NCBI GenBank assembly: GCA_002633005.1 | Contig: NMRA01000580.1 | Location: 1-64,000 of the forward strand | Direction: 5' to 3' | DNA: 64,000 nucleotides | From: Phoronis australis | Lineage: Eukaryota > Animalia > Phoronida | In this document: piece by piece, positions 62,186-64,000 of the stretch | Layout of the letters: every line of letters starts with the position of its first letter | Numbering within the stretch: the stretch's first letter is position 1 | Made by a program: the position numbers and the translations under genes | The notes under the pieces: model-generated | Seen by the model: the letters and a program-made list of their open reading frames with translations, nothing else | What the model was told of the DNA's origin: nothing | Databases searched by the model: none

Positions 62186-62490
62186 TCTGTTGAAATGTGT
62201 GCCTGATATCAGCTCATCCCGGCGTTAAATCTTGGTACATAAGTTTCCTAGAAACAATCCGACAAGGAAGGTGTTGTGATAATATGCTTCGTTGACTGGC
62301 TAACTCTTGTATTTTCGTAATAACACTTTCGCGTCTACTGAACCCTCTATTTGATTAAAATTAATAATTGCGTCAGACTGAGTGCCAAATGGATGTTGGC
62401 GGAAAGTAAGCATATTGGAAAAAATCTGATAACACTAAATCTTTGGGATACCAGGAAATGCTAAACTACAACCCATTAAGTAATGATTAA

Positions 62491-62753
62491 AGGAGAATGA
62501 CACCCGATATATTTTGTTATTTACCGTCTTAATTGGTCTATATCCACATCACCTAGTATACGGTAGATCTCACTTCGCCGATAGGTATCACTAAACAGAC
62601 TGTGTTCGAATCTATGGCGTCATCGGTTAACTTCAGCACCTCCGTCTGCCGTCAGGTGTCAGGTAAAAGAACTGAACTGAAGTTGCTGGTATGAGTGGAT
62701 CTACTTGACCTAAATCGATACAAAGTAAGTTGTTTTTTTGGTGGCATTCTCCT
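62491..62753. mobile_element. Kolobok-type MITE (263 bp)
   Basis: ttaa|aggagaatgacacc ... ggtggcattctcct|ttaa. Confidence 0.85.
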
Positions 62754-63419
62754 TTAAGACCGCAGCTAGTGTAGTGTAATGGGCTATCGAAACATTCCCG
62801 TTCTTTCCTTTTTAGTCCACCGGCAAAATATAGCTTAGTCGCGTCGGAAATTACAATAATTTATATGTCAATTTGACCGTGCGTTAAAGAGTGGAACATT
62901 TAGATGGTGTGGCAGATTGGCGAAAAAAAAATAAGAAGTGGTACAGTCCACAAAGACCTAGTCAATTGGCAAATACATTGTACGTTGCCAGCAACACGAA
63001 GTACTGGATTGGGTTCTTTTCTAAGGTAAACTTTTCATTTGTTTTAAATTTTATTTCTCCGGTTAAGTTAAGTACTACATTAGTTATAGGTAAAAACTAC
63101 AGAGTTAAATAGTTTTTTTAAACAAATCTGTTTTTAGGTCCTAAACTTTACATTTAGACAAATGAAGCTTCTTTCCGTAAAACAGAGTTACACGATTTTA
63201 ACACCTAAAATATCTTGTTAAAAACCTCCTGGCATGCAGAACGGGAAATTTCAAATGCCAAACTGTCCTTAAAAGGGCAGTTTGTAAGGGCGGCCCAGCT
63301 CTGAAATATGTGGGGCTATGGCCCTACAGCCCTGATATAATTAAGTGGTGGTACAGCTCCCCCCGCCTTCCCCAACCCCCTATATGGTGCGCTGTCCATG
63401 GTTTGGCAAGCTTCGTGTT

Positions 63420-63780
63420 ACAAGATTTGCAGACAGATTCATATGGACCATTTCCTGGGGAGAAAAAGAAACTTGTTGTCCCACATGGCGGCTACAGTAT
63501 TTGCGTTTCTTACAGTGGTACCATGGCAGCTAATCATCCACTGGATCTTCAAGGTTCCCATGAAGAGGCCGACACGCCACTTGCCTTCCATTTATCCACC
63601 TCAGATGCCAATGCATTGATCAAGGCCTCTTACACGAATGTTCTTGGAATTGTCATCGGAATGATAACAAATGGAGAGCGGCAGAGAAATGCCTTTCGAG
63701 CATGTAATAATGTACTGCGGATCTGGACATAACCGCACACGTATAGACGTCATCGCTATTGTTCAGACTTTAAAGTCTAT
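63420..63780 (+). pseudogene. Decayed transposon protein fragment (XPG/PIN-like region as in Academ-type elements)
   Basis: SHEEADTPLAFH...IKASYTNVL (degenerate HEEADTR...DTDV), then CGSGHNRTRIDV in another frame. Confidence 0.6.
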
Positions 63781-64000
63781 ACAACATGGTCTCGTCTCGC
63801 ATTTTCTTCATCAAATGTCGTTTGACCATTCGTGCTGCTTTGTGACGCAACGAATCCGGGCCTTGTCGGATTGTAGCAATCATCTTCGTCCTCTATGTAG
63901 TTTTATGCTCTTTCCGACAATCTGCATGTATATCATCCCCCGGCACGTCATTCCTAATGCCAGCATTAATGACCGACCAAGTGTCAACATCTGCGCAAAC

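Noticed and set aside
1-64000. tRNA, rRNA or snRNA genes
   Set aside because: I found no convincing cloverleaf, A/B-box pair or rRNA/snRNA signature by eye; tRNAscan-SE or Infernal would be needed to exclude them

Overview
Intron-rich animal genomic DNA from a draft assembly, probably a marine invertebrate (inferred from gene structure and repeat types). It has gaps at 2213-3179 and 32447-32466 and single Ns at 44717 and 50491. Genes reconstructed by hand from splice sites and translation: (1) three internal exons of a Piezo channel (+, 107-1512), cut off at the gap; (2) the last five exons of FNTA, the farnesyltransferase/GGTase-I alpha subunit (+, 6459-10682), with its 5' half missing; (3) a complete bacterial-like aldo-keto reductase of 340 aa in 8 coding exons (+, 16947-26698); (4) an intronless 582-aa uncharacterised ORF (-, 34300-36048); (5) a complete CPVL-like S10 serine carboxypeptidase of 479 aa in 12 coding exons (-, 49305-59665), with exon 10 present twice around a single N. 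Introns and intergenic DNA carry many non-autonomous DNA transposons (TTAA/Kolobok-like, Harbinger-like, hAT-like, TA-flanked). The most striking pattern is five unrelated tandem arrays, in three genes, whose repeat unit is a copy of the adjacent exon-intron junction. Each array runs into the intron and builds a ladder of up to about 24 decoy splice sites.
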